DNA of 62,399 nt from Vicugna vicugna (GCA_013265495.1 MU058198.1:7827779-7890177), one strand, 5' to 3'. Shown: positions 23,971-38,000, numbered from the stretch's first letter. Made by a program: numbers and translations. The notes: generated by a model from the sequence alone, not told the origin.

Positions 23971-26900
23971 ACAGTGATATAAATCTTAGTATTATCACAG
24001 CTCCTTTGTTCTGCCATCAAGGTGTTACTACTCTCTGCCTGCTTCTCCCTTCCAGGACCCAAGCTTACCAACCATTGGCTAAAATCCTCCAGTGCTTCCA
24101 AACCATGCATTACACCAGAATTCCACAGACAGGAATCCAGGACTGTAGGGAGGACTGGATGCTTTTGGAGAAGAGCATCTTCCTGACTACCTATGCCTGC
24201 ATATGTTTCTACACTACAGAATTCAAGTAAATTCTGTTTTGAGAAAATTTGAGGGCAAGATAGATAGGAAATTGATCTTCAAAGATAGAGAAGTGAGATG
24301 GATTGCTTGTAGCAAGAGGAAGGGCAGAAACTTTAGAGAAAATCCAGCCAGGTCCTGTGGGTGCATATGGGGTGGAAATGCACAAGAAATCTGAGGGTTT
24401 CTGCCCAGTAGATATCTGTTCTCTTCTTACCAAGGAAGAGACACAGGAGACAGACCCCAACTTATTCAGTTCCACTTAGCTCAGGCAAAGCAGACCTAAA
24501 TTAAAGCAGCTTTTGTCCTGGTTTCTCCATCACCCCGTTCCCACTCCTAGTATATGGCTGATCAGATGCAGTCCCTTCCTCTCCACCATCCTTCTGGAAT
24601 GTTCTTCAGTCAGCACCTCTGGGCTCAGGGATAAAGCAGAGACTTACTGAGTTAGGAATGCCGGTGGTGGGAAAGGCTGGTTGCTCTCCAAATCTCCTCA
24701 GACCTTCCCTCTGCCCCTAACCTCTTGCCACAGGCTTGTCCAGGGGTCCAAACACCCTAGGGTGCCAGTGGACAAAGCTGGATGTGACTGACTCATGATT
24801 TCACTGAGCTGAGGAGAGAAGTAACTTGGATACCCAAGTTACTTGAGTGTTACTTCCTTGTTTATATCATCTCCCTCAATTGCTATCCTTTTTTCTGAAA
24901 ATGTCAAAGTCCTGATTCCCTGAAATGAGGCTGTGAGTTTCAGACACCCTCAGGTCTTGCTGGAGCCTCACTGCCTTCATCTGTAAAATGGGCAGGTTGA
25001 ATTAAGGACACGTTCTATTCTATACTTTAATGAGCCAAGTTATCCTTGCTAAGGGTGAAGTGTCTTACCTGGGTCTTTCGCTGAAGCATCGTGGAAGCAT
25101 ATTGGGCGGCTTGAGAGAAGAGATGGAATCTTACTCATCCAGTATTCTTGTTTTGTTCAGTCTCACCCACCAAGGGTGAAACTCAAGCCTAAGGAAAGGG
25201 AGCAACAGAAGGGCCAGGTTCAAGGTGCTTCCAAGGCCGGTGGCCCCTAGCCCGGTTCATACGCCAGTCCGGAGTCTCCCAGACTTCTGATTTGAGTCAT
25301 TGCCAGTTATCTTTTATCCTCCCCAGGATCTGGGCCACTTCTTCTTTCTCTTTATTGAGTTTTTCTGTCACCATTTCCTTCTTGGAATTGAACCCCTCAC
25401 CCTCGCTCTCTCCAATTTTCTTCATCGCCAAGAATTCCAGGGCCGCTCTCCAGCCATACTGTGTGTGAGATCCCTTCAGGGCCGGTGGTGCGGCCCACCC
25501 CTCCTCCTGGGCCCCTCCCCCACTGCCCTGGCATGGCCTCCTCCAGGGTCACCAACAGCCTCTGTAACCAGATCTAAACACTTCCCCATTTCTTACCTTA
25601 CTCAGTATCACTCGACGACACAGCCCATGCTCCTTCTCTCCAGGCTGCCTGTTCCCCGGGCCCTTCTCTCTCCTCTGAGGGCACCTTCCTCCCCAATCCT
25701 CTTGAGCCCTGACTCTGTGGCCAACACCGGCATTTCCCTGCGACCCACCCCAGGCCCATTTTTCTCCTTCCTCTTCATGCCCCCAAAAGGTCCTCATCCA
25801 GCATGTCTGCCAGGGGTTCCAAAACTCATCTCCCACCAGAACTTTCTCCTGAGATCCAGCCCCGCACACCCTCCGGGATGTCTCCCCTTGGGAAGCCCTC
25901 TTCCCCACCACAATAATCGTCATAGCCTCGTGATGATAAAAGCCAGTAATGAAAGGTTTTACATACTTTGCTAAGCATTTCACACTAACTCAACCTTCCC
26001 AGCAACAATAGGGGATACTTTTATTATCATCCCCATTTTGCAGAGTAGGAAACTGAGACCTGGAGAGGTCAACAGAGTCCAAGTTCTTAAACACCATGTT
26101 TTGGTTTCTTCAACACTTAACTTGGCCCAACCATCACCCTTCCCCACTCCAGTACCCTCTAGCTCAGGAACCATTACCACTGTCCACGCCTAGTGACCAG
26201 TCAGCCTTCAGTTCATCTCCATGGCTGCCAGCTCACCCCACAGGCCCCCATCCTCTCCCTCCTGACCGTCTGTCTCCAGCTAGCTCCCAAGGAAGTTGTG
26301 CCCCACCCAGCCCCTCTTTCTGGCTTTCTGAAATGTAAATGTGAATATCTCTGTCTTTGCAATTTGCTTCTAACCTTCTCTCTATCCTTAAGATAAACTG
26401 ACAGGTCTTAAGGGGGCTTTCCAGGTCTGGGGCCTGCTTCCCCTTCCTCTCCTCCCCCACTGACCTCATCTTTTGTCACCTCCCACTCTCTGGTTTCTAT
26501 CACTGATTTCTTCAGAGTCCTTCCTATCTCATGCCTCTTCCGTGTTTAGCTACCCCTTATGACATATGCACCTCTCTAGTCAGTTGCCTTCAAGACTCAG
26601 ATCAAGGGCCATCTCCTCCAGGAAGCCTTCCTGGAAATCTACACCCTTCCAACATAGGTGAGGTATCCTATGACCAATGGGCTTCTCTTCTCATGGAATT
26701 GCCTTGCTGTTCACATAATTTTCTTCTCTCCTGACCCCAGAGCTGGTGCCCTGTGGTTTGCGTTTTCTCCCTCTGCTAACAGAGGGCTTGCAAAATCTGC
26801 CTCTGATAACGCTTGTTGAATAAATGATGAACAAACGAGCAAATACCCACTCTGAACGCCTCCTAGGGCCCAGAGCCTTGACTCCTGGGCCCAGAGGTTT

Positions 26901-27099
26901 CCAGGTCCACAGTGGAGGGTCCCCACCAGGCTCTCGATTAGGGCCCAGACTCCACCCTGGCATCTGGTTAACTGAAGTTTCAAGGTCAAAGGAAACTTCT
27001 GCCAGTACAATGAGGGAACCTGGGAGAGGTGGGGCCGCGCAGGGGATTTGCATCCACCCAAGTTTAGGTTGGTGAGACAAGAGAAGCAAGCCATGTCAT

Positions 27100-27324
27100 C
27101 TCTGGTTAGAACGGCTCCTGGACACAGAGTGCGTGGGCTGCCTGCCCCCTTTCTCTGCTTATTTTAGATGTATTCTCCACCCTCTACCTCTGAATCCTGC
27201 TGACAGCTTCACTCCCTGCCTCTGCTCCTGACCCCCTCTCTGTTCATTTGCTCCCTTGGCACCTTGGTCCAGTGGCTCCCGCATTGGCTTGGGTGCTCCG
27301 AAACCTATGTCTGACACTCCAGTC
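27100..27324 (+). promoter_or_regulatory. Proximal promoter / 5' UTR region of the + ITGAX copy
   Basis: Pyrimidine-rich, TATA-less region immediately upstream of exon 1; assigned by position only. Confidence 0.45.
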
Positions 27325-29772
27325 ATGCCCAAGACCGGGATCTTCCTCTTCCTGCTGATGGGTGAGCTGAGGGCCCCCATGCAGGGGATGAGGGGCTGAG
27401 GTCCAGGGAGGGAGGGGTCTGGAATGCATGATTTGGACTCACACATTAGGGTAGGGATCTACAGTTAAACAGGTTTGGGGTCTGGATGTATAGGTTTGGG
27501 ATCTGGAGTTTGTGGAGGGAGAGGATATGGAGGAACAAATTTTGGGGGCATTCAAGAGTTGCTGGAGGAGAGGCCAGTTGCCTGGACAATCCAGAGTTTC
27601 CTCAGGTAGGCAGAACAAGTCGATCTTGTACGCTGTCCACAGCATCCTTTTGGCCCCAGTTTTCTGGGTTCTCCCTCATAGGAGCCCAGGGGTAGGGCTG
27701 GGGAAGGAACGTCTTTAAAGCCAGGGCATTGCTCTGTGGAAATGGAGAACTGAAATGTGCCAGCAGGCCGGAGGGGAGAAGACCCATCTCTGGCCCATGT
27801 GAAGGAGAGAAAAGCAGGGCCAAGAGGCCTGAGTCTGGGGGTCCAGAAGACCAGGAGATGCTGGGGCCTTGCTCCTGGAAAGGAGAGCCGGGAGCTAGGG
27901 GCCTGAGAGGTGGAGCAGGAGGAAGACCCTTCTACAAGGCTTGTCTTCTCATCCTCCTCCAAGGCTTGTCTTCTCACCCTCCTCCCTAGCCTTGCCTTCC
28001 TCTCTCTGCTTCAACTTGGAAACGGACAAGCCGACCACCTTCAGCATGGACAGCGCTGGGTTTGGACACAGCGTGGTCCAGTACGCCAACTGGTGAGGAC
28101 AATGTGGGGTCTGCTTTTCGCTCTCAACACCTCTCCTGTACGGGGTCTGTCCACGCCATGGCCATCCCTGCAAAGTCCTGAAGAGTTGGACTGAAAGAAG
28201 GGCCATCTTGCCATCTTGATAACTGCTTTATTTATTTCTCGAGCACTTAGTAAGTGCCAGGCATCCTTTCTGTAGGCACTGATTTTGTCCCCGTAACAAC
28301 CTCAGGATGGAGGAATCCTCCATTCAGCAAATGTTCATTGAGCATCTATTATTATATGTCTCAGGAGCTGGCCATGCACCAGAGAATAAAACAGACAAAA
28401 ATCTCTCCTGGGAGCAACTTAAATGGTTGTTAGCTTCCATCTTACAGATGAGGAAACTGAAGCTCTGAGAGGAGAGCAAACTTGTCAGGTGGCAGCCCAG
28501 CTCCAGCGTCCACACTCTTAGCTGCCGTGTTCTTTGTCTTTTCCCCCAGGGTGGTGGTTGGGGCCCCCCAGGAGATAAAGGCTGCCAACCAAACAGGTGG
28601 CATCTACCAATGTGACTACAGCACAGGGACGTGTAACGCCATCCACCTGCAGGGTGAGTCTCTGCCCCTTGAGGGGACCAGGATCCAGGCTCCCAGGCTC
28701 TGGGGAACTTCAGGGAGCACAGGAGGCCCACCTCCCAACTTTAGCTCTATTTGCAGACCCTGACCTTCAGACAGGCTTCCTCACTCCCTCAAAGTCCCCT
28801 CGCCCACCGCACCCTCTCACTCCACAGCTCCATCAAGACCTGAAAGCCACTGCCACCTGTCAGACCTCCTTATTTATTTCCCAGAGTTGCCATGACCCCT
28901 GCCCAGATCTTACACAGCCTCCTCTGGCCTGAGGGTGACCATGCACATATCTGCCCTTCAGTGCCCCCAGAGGCTGTGAACATGTCCCTGGGCTTGTCCA
29001 TGGCGGCCACCACCAACCCCACTCAGCTGCTGGTGAGTCACCCTGGGTCACAGGGGCATCCTAAGGGAAGGAGGGGGGACCTGGGGCTGCTGGTGCTGGA
29101 GGTCTCATGGCAGGTGGAGGTGTTGGGATGGGAGGGTGGGACAGAACCCCTCCTACTTGTCCCCTCTGTCCCCAGGCCTGTGGCCCCACCGTGCACCGTG
29201 CATGCAGGGAGAACATGCACCTCACGGGGTTCTGCTTCTTGCTGGCCTCCCCGTCCTGGCATGCCCAGAGGATCCCCGCTGCCCTGCAGGGTGAGTGTTT
29301 GGGGCCACTTTGTCCTTTGAGGCACCTACAGACATCTGATGGGGCTGCAGTGGGGCAGAGACACTCTTACCAAAGTGGATATAAAAGAGGGATCCAGAAA
29401 AAAAAAATCTACTGGATGGTGTAGTGATTCCAAACATGGGCTGGGAGTGGGTCTCTGCCTGCCTTGACACCTGCCCTATCACTGTCCCACAGCAGGACCT
29501 TTCCTGTGACCTTTTCCTCTCTGAGCCTCGGCTTCTTTGTCTGTCAGCTGCGGGTAGTAACACACCCAGTGCTGAGAGCGACATGCGATGATCCACAGTC
29601 AGGGGTTAGCACAGGACCTGGTACTACGTGGTGAGGTCTCAGTTTTTCAGTTGAGCCAGCTGCTCTAGCTAGCTGCTCTAATTTTTAGAGAGAAGGGCAG
29701 GCACCCTGCCTATAACCAGTTGGCTTGTGCAGCAGGCTGGGAAGGGGGAATGAGATGCAGATGGTCTGAGCA

Positions 29773-30160
29773 GTGTGCACGTGTGTGTGTGTATATGAGT
29801 GTGTGATGTATGTATGTGTGTGTCTTGTATGTATGAATGTGTGTGTGTATATGTGTGTTGTATGTATGAGTGTATGCATGCATGTGTGTATGTAGGAGTA
29901 TGCATGTTTGTGTGTATAAGTGTGGTATGAGTGTGTGATGCATGTATGTGTGTATATATGTGTATGTGTGTTGTAGGTATGAGTGTGTACGTGTCTGGTG
30001 TATGTGTGTATGAGTATGTGATGTGTGCATATGAGTATATGCGTATGTGTGTATATTGCATGTGTGTATATGTGTCTGTGCGTGTGTGTTGTGTGTGTGT
30101 GTGTTGTACGTGTGTGTGTTGTGCGTGTACAAGTGCGTACATATGCGTGCTGTGTGCGCA
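29773..30160 (+). repeat. ~390 bp degenerate (TG/TA)n low-complexity repeat in ITGAX intron 5
   Basis: Alternating purine-pyrimidine tract; it is the source of the His/Thr-rich and Cys/Val-rich ORFs. Confidence 0.95.
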
Positions 30161-33100
30161 GGTGCAGGTCGAAGCGCAGGGCCCAGCTTCCTTGGTGCTG
30201 ACAGGGATGGGGCACGAGGAGGTGGAGCACTGAGCTTTTCAGACCCGGCTCAGGGCAGACCGAGACCCCTCCCTGGTTTCACATTCACATTCAGGCCCCT
30301 GGGGATACTGCTGTCCGGGGCCCTGAATGGGGTGCCCCTTCGTGCTGGAGCAGCACCCTCTAGGCTTTAGATTCACCCACCGGCCTCTGGGCTCCCATCC
30401 GAACAGCCAGGACACCTCGCTCTGTGGTGAGAAGTCTGTGGCAGGAAGGGGAAGCTGGGAGTTAGACAGGAATCTGTGAGCCGGGAGGGCTTCCGCTTCT
30501 GAGGACAGATTCTGCCCCCACCCAGGAGGAGAGAGGGGCCCGAATGAAGCCGAGAACTGAATAGGACCAGTGTGTGGGTGTTGCCAGGCATGACATTAAA
30601 AATATTTAACAAAAGTACAATTTGATGTTGACAAATGAGGACAGACCCTGGCCAGGGGCTGGAAGAGAGTCCTTTTATTGCTGGATGGTGGGGATGTCGA
30701 GGGAGAAGGTGGGGTGGGGTCGGGGGAGAGGCACAGACAGCCGAGGTGGAAGGACCAGGCGCAGCTTCTCACTGTCTGCATGGGAGGAGTTTTCACTTTT
30801 TTACCAACTGGGTGTGAGCAGCTGAATCACAGATGTGGTCTCTTGAGACTTAAGAAGACCAAAGGGCCCTGTTCTAGGAAGCCCCTGGGAGGGTGAGTTC
30901 TCCTGGGCAGGAGGCTGAGGGCTGGGCTTTGGGGGTGTCCTGCAGAGGACTGGTGCCACCTCCTTCCCTAGAGTGCCCAAAGCAGGAGCAGGACATCGCC
31001 TTCCTGATTGACGGCTCAGGTAGCATCTCCTTCAGAGATTTTGCCAAAATGCTGAACTTCGTGAGGGCTGTGATGAGCCACTTCCAGAGACCGAGCTCCC
31101 AGGTGTGCCCTCGGGGTAGGGAAAGCGAGTGTGCAGGCACCCCCGCCCCAGCCCCTGGGGAGGCTTGTGGGAGGGACCCCGGGGTTGGAGCGCCCTGGCC
31201 TGGCCCCCAGCCCCGCGTGGCTCTCCCAGTTCTCCCTGATGCAGTTCTCCGACAAGTTTGTGGTGCACTTCACTTTCAAAGACTTTGCAATCAGCTCAGA
31301 CCCACTAAGCCTGCTGAATTCTGTAACACAGCTGCAAGGGTACACTTACACGGCCACAGCCATCGGAATGGTCACGTGAGTCCTGACTCCTCCCAGGTGC
31401 TCCCCCCAGACATCTGGGTCCTCCTTTTGGCCCCAACTGTCTCCATGACGAAGGGAGAGGTGAGCACTGGAATTCAGCCTGTGGTCTCCTCACCAAGCCA
31501 GGAGCCTCTGGGTGGGATGGGAGCACCCCAGAGGAAGGGGCATCTCCTGGTTCTCACAAAGGGGTCAAGAGCAGCTCTGTTCACCGGCCGCTGAACCCTC
31601 ATCTTCCCTGACAGAGACCAATTGTTTAGTGCCTCAAAAGGGTCCCGAAAAGATGCCTCCAAGATCCTGATCGTCATCACCGATGGGCAAAAAACAGGGG
31701 ACTACCAGGATTACAAGGATGTCATTCCCAGGGCTGAGGCCGCTGGCATCATCCGCTATGCAATTGGGGTAGGATGTGGGATTGCCCTCCCACTGCTTCC
31801 TCTCCTCACTTCCTCTTAAGGCAACTTCCCTCTTGAGGACAGAAATCCCAGCTCTCTCAGCTTCTACTATCTTCAGGATGAAAACTCTGTTCCAGCCTGG
31901 GGGACCATAATCCTTTTCCCTAAACTGCTTGATGCTGTCTGAGCCCTGTTTTTCTTGCCTGGACACCGGGTGTAATAGCATTAACCTTGGAGGGTTTTTG
32001 GAGGCTCCCAGCATCCAGCACGTGGCAGGCATGTTGTAGTTATGGTTATTTCCACTGAGCTGGTCTTTGTTGGGGACAGGTGGGATCGGCTTTTCAAACT
32101 GAACATTCCTTGCAAGAATTACAGGACATTGCATCAAAGCCGTCCAGTGAACATATATTTAAAGTGGATAATTTTGATGCTTTGAGAGACATTCAAAACA
32201 AACTGAAAGAGAAGATCTTTGCCATTGAGGGTAAGTCAGAGATGGAACTACTCCAGAAATCCTCACCCATAAATGCTTTTCTTTCTAGAACCTGGACCCC
32301 CACATCATGGGCACCAACCCCTCCCTTCGGGTGTTAGTTTCCAACATTAGCTCCTCTTAAAGCTGCGATCGTTCTTGAACCTGGAAAAACTTGTCTTTCC
32401 TCATGGAACCTGGGTGTCATGCCTTTCCCCAGGTACACAGACCGCAAGCAGTAGCTCCTTCGAATTGGAGATGGCCCAGGAGGGCTTCAGTGCTGTGTTC
32501 GCGCCTGTGAGTGGGGCCCCTTTTAGGTCACCGATGTAGGATGAGGAAGAGAAGGGAGAAGGGAAGGCAAGAGTGGATGTCAGATGAGTGGGTGGAGCCA
32601 GCAGCAGGCGGTGCTTTGGAAGAGGCTGTCTTCTCCTTCCCACCTGCTCAGCCCTGGAATCTCTCCTCCCAGGATGGACCAGTTCTGGGGGCTGTGGGGA
32701 GCTTCAGCTGGTCTGGAGGGGCCTTCCTGTACCCCCCCAAAATGAGCCCCACCTTCATCAACATGTCCCAGGAGAACGTGGACATGAAGAACTCTTACCT
32801 GGGTGAGACGGGGCTGCGGCTGGAGGGTCAGGCAGGGCTGCCGGGGAGGGCGGGGCCTGGGGGCGGGAGGGGAAGCCTTTGTGCTGAGGCCTGGTCCCCT
32901 CAGGTTACTCCACTGAGCTGGCCCTTTGGAAGGGGCTATAGAACCTGGTCCTGGGGGCCCCCCACCATCAGCACACCGGGAAGGTTGTCCTCTTCACCCA
33001 GGTGTCCAGGCAGTGGAGGCCGAAGGCTGAAGTCACAGGGACCCAGGTTGGGCGTGGAGGAGGGTCTCCAGGGGCAGAGAGGAGGGAGATGAAGTGGGTG

Positions 33101-34289
33101 TGGGGTGGGGAGAGAGGTGCTGGTGGCTGAGGAGAGCGGGACCTGGCCCAGAAGGGGTCCTCTGGCAAGGGCAGGCAGGATGACTCCAGGCTCTGCCCTG
33201 CAGATCGGCTCCTACTTCGGGGCCTCCCTCTGCTCTGTGGACGTGGACAGAGATGGCAGCTCCGACCTGGTCCTCATCGGGGCCCCGCATTACTATGAGC
33301 AGACCCGGGGGGGCCAGGTGTCCGTGTGCCCCTTGCCCAAGGGGGTGAGTGGCTGACGGGACCTGGGTTGGGCGGAGTCTGGGAGTGGGTGGAGGGCTTG
33401 CCTGGGCTGGGTCCTGACTCTTGTTTTCTTCTGCAGAGGGCTAAGTGGCAGTGTGGGGTCATTCTCCACGGGGAGCAAGGCCACCCCTGGAGCCGCTTTG
33501 GGGCAGCCCTGACAGTGATGGGGGATGTGAATGGGGACAAGCTGATGGACGTGGCCATCGGGGCCCCAGGAGAGCAGGAGAACCGGGGTGCCATCTACCT
33601 GTTTCATGGAACCTCAGGACTGAGTATCAACCCCTCATACAGCCAGGTGAGGCCAGATCACAGATCCTGTTGCTACAAGAACCTCCTCCTGGTTTCTCCT
33701 TGTCTTCTCTACTGCTGCCTGGAAAATTCTCTTTTCTCTCACGTTACCTTTTTTGTACAACACTGGGCATCTTGTTGGCAGCAAGGAAAATCTGTGGAAT
33801 TTGAGAAATAGAAACATTGATTGATATGTTCTCTGCTTTGTCTAAGGACTTGATGCTTGAATGATTTCTCCATCCCAGCCTTTTAATCCCCAGCAGCTTT
33901 ACAGGGTACACAGGCCAGGCATTAGCAAACCCATTTTAGAGATGAAATCTGGGCCACGGAGAAGATAAGTGACTTGACTAGTCTCAGGTTTATAGTGGAT
34001 CAAGAATGGTGATGGGGGGGGTTCCAATTTCTAGACTCTAACCCGATGCTCCATCTCTTAAAGGCTCCCTGTTTTCAGTCGGTTAGGTCTGGTGGCCCAG
34101 TCTGCCTGTCCACTCACCCCTTCACTCCCTGCAATGTGTGATGCGATGACTTCTTTCCCTCCTGCCATCAGTCATCCTGCCGGATGCCTATAGGCAGGAG
34201 CCCTTCACTCAGTGGCACAGGGTTCCCTGAAAAAGAAGGGTTTCATCCCTGGCAAAAGTTAAGGAAGCCCCAGTTAAAAAAGAAGCAAA

Positions 34290-35010
34290 GGCTCTAAGTA
34301 GACTTTTCTCCAAAGATGATATACAAAGGACCAAAATGCACATGCAAAGATGCTCAATGTCAGTAATCATCAGTTATTAGCAAATCAAAACCACAATGAG
34401 ATGCCACCTCACACCCCCTAGGATGGCTGGAATCAGAGAGGCAGGTAATAACAATTGCTGATGAGGATGTGGAGAATCCCTCATCCACTGCTGGTGGGAA
34501 TGTAAAATGGTGCAGCTATATTGGTTTGGCAGTTCTTCAAAAGTTTAACTTACTGTATGACTCAGCAGTTTCACCCAAGAGAATTGAAAACATGTCTATA
34601 CAAAAAATTATACATGAATGTTCATAGTCCCATTATTCATAATAACCATAAGGTAGAAACAACTCAAATGCCCATCAGTTGATGAGCAGATAAGTAAAAT
34701 GTGGTCTACCCATACAATGGAATATTATTCTGCCATGAAAAGAATGAAAAGCTGACATATGCTTCAATGTGAATAAACCTTGAAAACATTATGTTAAAGA
34801 CAGAAAGAAGATTAGTGGTTGTTGGGTTGGTGGTAGAGCAAAATGAAGGACATGGAGGTGACTGCAGAGGGGTCTGGAGTTTCTTTTTGAGGTGATGAAA
34901 ATATTCTAAAATTGATTTGGTGATGGTTGCACAACCCTGTGAATGTCCTAGAAACAGATAAGGGGTAAATTGTGCAGCCTGTGAATTATATCTCAAAAAG
35001 TTATTAGGAA
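34290..35010 (+). mobile_element. Old LINE-1 3' end
   Basis: caaatcaaaaccacaatgagatgccacctcacacc...ggaatattattctgcc... Confidence 0.8.
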
Positions 35011-38000
35011 AAAGGTCAAAGAAGATTCCTATGGTTCTGTCACTTCCCAACTTTGTGATCTTGGTCATGACTCACCTCTCTGTAAAATGGTGACAGTAAT
35101 GGAATCAATCTAACTGGGCAGCTGCCGTGAAGATTAAATGAATTAGCACATATAGAGGACCTACAGGGCGCCTGTATACACCTGTGCCTGGCACATAATA
35201 GGTGTTATATTTTTATAATCAATTATTGTTAATGCAGTTTATCGACTGAAGAGGTTCTAAAGAACTTAGAACTTTAATAAGAGGGTGGAAGACTTTGTTC
35301 GGAATGACAAGAGCTTTCCATTGTTATAAAACTGCATTCTGTCCACACCAACTTCTTAATATCCTCGTGCTGCAGCAGCTTAGAGCCTTATCTATGTAGC
35401 CATTCAATTGCAAATATCATTTGGGTTACACCTGCAAGGCCTGACCCCAAGAAGGGGGTCTCTCCAGATTCATTGGCCCACTATGACTTTCTTTCCTGCC
35501 CAACATAGCCCATCACCTACTTAGCTGGGAAGGGCTTGTCTTGTCCCCTTCCGGCCCACACACCCCTGAGGATGTGGTGGTGAGATCAGTTCTCCTGCGC
35601 ACAAGGCTGCGGACTGCGTACTGTCTCTACGGCCTCTTCCTTGCTAGAGTCCCTTGGTAACTGGTAAATTTCTCTTTCATTGTATTATTACTACTCTGAA
35701 TGTCTGCCAGTCCCAGTGGTGCCCAGAGATTTAAAGGGCACGTTCTTCAAGGGACTGGTCATTTCAGGAGTCCTGGAAATAAAAGGGAAGGGACCCATAG
35801 GGGAGATGAGGTCCAGGGGTGTAGAAACTGTGTATGGAGTGCAGTCACTCCCCACCCCGACTTGGTCTCTCCTTGGCTTCTGAAGAGACAGGGTAGCTAC
35901 AGGAAGCAAAGAGGGGCCTTGGGCATGGGGTCAGAGGATCTGATTGCAGGGTCTGAAGTCAGCCTCTTAAAGGCCGTGTGGCTTGGCACCGCCTGCGATG
36001 TGGGAGGTGGGGGTCTGAGGTCCCCTCCATCCCTGACGCTCATTGGAGTGAGTAACTGACCAGTGACCTGGGCCAGGTGCCGTTCTAAGAACCCCATGCA
36101 TTCATTCACTTAATGCTCTGAGGTGTTATCAACCCAGGTGAGGAACGAGGACACTGAAGCACAGAAAGACTGACTCCTGACCTAGGGTCTCGTGGCTCAG
36201 TGAAGGAGCCAGAATCAGAACCTGAGACTAACCAGCTGAGTGAGTGAATGAAACTCAGGTCACCGGGCCAATCTTTCAATCTCCACTTCTTCATTTATGT
36301 CCTAGAAATCTTTCCTCGTCTGTTGTCACCGTTTCCCCACCCCCTTTCAGGAGCTTCTTGGAGACAGCATTTTACTTCTCACCCCTGTGTTCTGTCTCCC
36401 ACATCCTGACCTCCCTGTTCCTCTTGCTTCATCCAACTTGTTTCCCTCATGTCCTCACCTGACTTTCTTCTCCCTCTCTGGCCAGAGGATCGCAGGTACC
36501 CAGCTCTCCCCCAGGCTTCAGTATTTTGGGCAATCACTGAGCGGGGGTCAGGACCTCACCCAGGATGGACTGGCGGACTTGGCTGTGGGGGCCCGGGGAC
36601 ACGCACTACTGCTCAGGTGAGAACAGCCTTCCTCAGAAACTGCCCAGGTAGTCCTAGGTCTGCCCAGGACACCTGCCTCCCTGCCCCTCGTCCCAGGTTG
36701 TCCTCTGGGTACCAAGAGCCCGTCCTCAGCTCAGTGTTCTGCCCACAGGACCAGACCAGTGCTCAGGGTGCGGGCAAGCATCCGCATCTTTCCGGCAGAG
36801 ATCGCCAGGTCTGTGTTTGAGTGCCAGCAGCACGTGGCCTCTGTCCAGGCTCTGGGTAGTGCCACTGTCTGCCTTCATATTCATGGAAGTCCCAGGAACA
36901 GGCTGGGTGAGTCCTTTCCCCTCCAACCCAGGATATCCTGATGGGGCATCCCCTAGCCCAGGATTCCTATCTCCTGCCTGGCCCCTTGCCCACCTAGGGA
37001 GTTCTTCACTCTCTCAGCCTTTCCCATCCCTTGCTTACCCCTATAGGTGACCTCCAAAGCTCTGTGACCTTTGACCTGACCCTCGATCCTGGCCGCCTGA
37101 GTCCTCGTGCCATCTTCGAGGAGACAAATACCTGGAATCTGACTCGTGTTCGAGTCCTGGGGCTGACAGAGCACTGCGAGGCTGTGAGGCTGCTCCTTCC
37201 GGTGAGGGGGCCTTGGAGTCCTGGGGATGAAGGCGATTCTGGGGCTGGCAGTGGGCTGGGCTGGGCAGAGGGGAACATGTGTGTTCTGGTCTTCGCTGTG
37301 GCTCAGCCCTAACAAGGCAGGTGACGTGCAAGAGATGCTTAACACATGTTAGCGGAGTAAGTGAGTAGATGGATGGATGAGGTTGGCTGCAACTGCCAGA
37401 GGCAGCAGGGCTGGATTTCAGGAAAAAGAGCTCAGCTGCTTCAGTGGGCTGGAGTCCTTTTATTCAGCTAATCCTCTGAGACAGGCTCTGTCCAATGTGC
37501 CAGGAGCCAGCCGTGGACAAAACAATTATGCCCAGAAAGCTCTGGAGGAAGACGAAAAGCGACCAATGTCTTAGATAATAGATGTTGGTAGTGATGAGAG
37601 CTGTGAAGGGAGATAAAGCCAGGGAGAGAACAGAGAGGGTGTCAGGGGCCTCCGGGAGCAGGTGAAGTTTGAGAAGACCCTGAGTAGAGTGAGTGAGACT
37701 GTAGAGGGGCTGGGGGAAGGGAGCTGAAGATGAAGGAAGACCACGGCAGAGGTTGCCTGTGCAGAATCATAGCAATGAGCATTTATCGGCGGCAGGTAGT
37801 TACCACTGTCACCCCATTTTATGGATAAGAAGACGGGGCACAGCTAGTGGCTGTGAGGCTGCATTTCTTAGCCACCTGCTCTCCCTGATGTCCATCCCCC
37901 AGGCTTGTGTGGAAGACTCAGTGACCCCCATCATCTTGCGTCTCAACTTCTCCCTGGTGGGCAAGCATGTCTCTTCCTTTGGAAACCTCCAGCCCATGCT

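Noticed and set aside
25300..25983. 224-aa Pro/Ser/Leu-rich intergenic ORF
   Set aside because: Non-ATG start, composition explained by C-rich DNA, runs into a MIR-like repeat, no recognisable domain.
27307..27324. In-frame upstream ATG adding MSDTPV to the ITGAX signal peptide
   Set aside because: Weak Kozak context (C at -3) compared with the ATG at 27325, which gives the expected 37-nt coding exon 1; no evidence of use.
29678..30370. His/Thr-rich and Cys/Val-rich ORFs
   Set aside because: Translations of the (TG)n low-complexity repeat.
32843..32872. G-quadruplex motif in ITGAX intron 11 near the nonsense exon
   Set aside because: G-runs are common in the short GC-rich introns of both genes; nothing specific supports a function.
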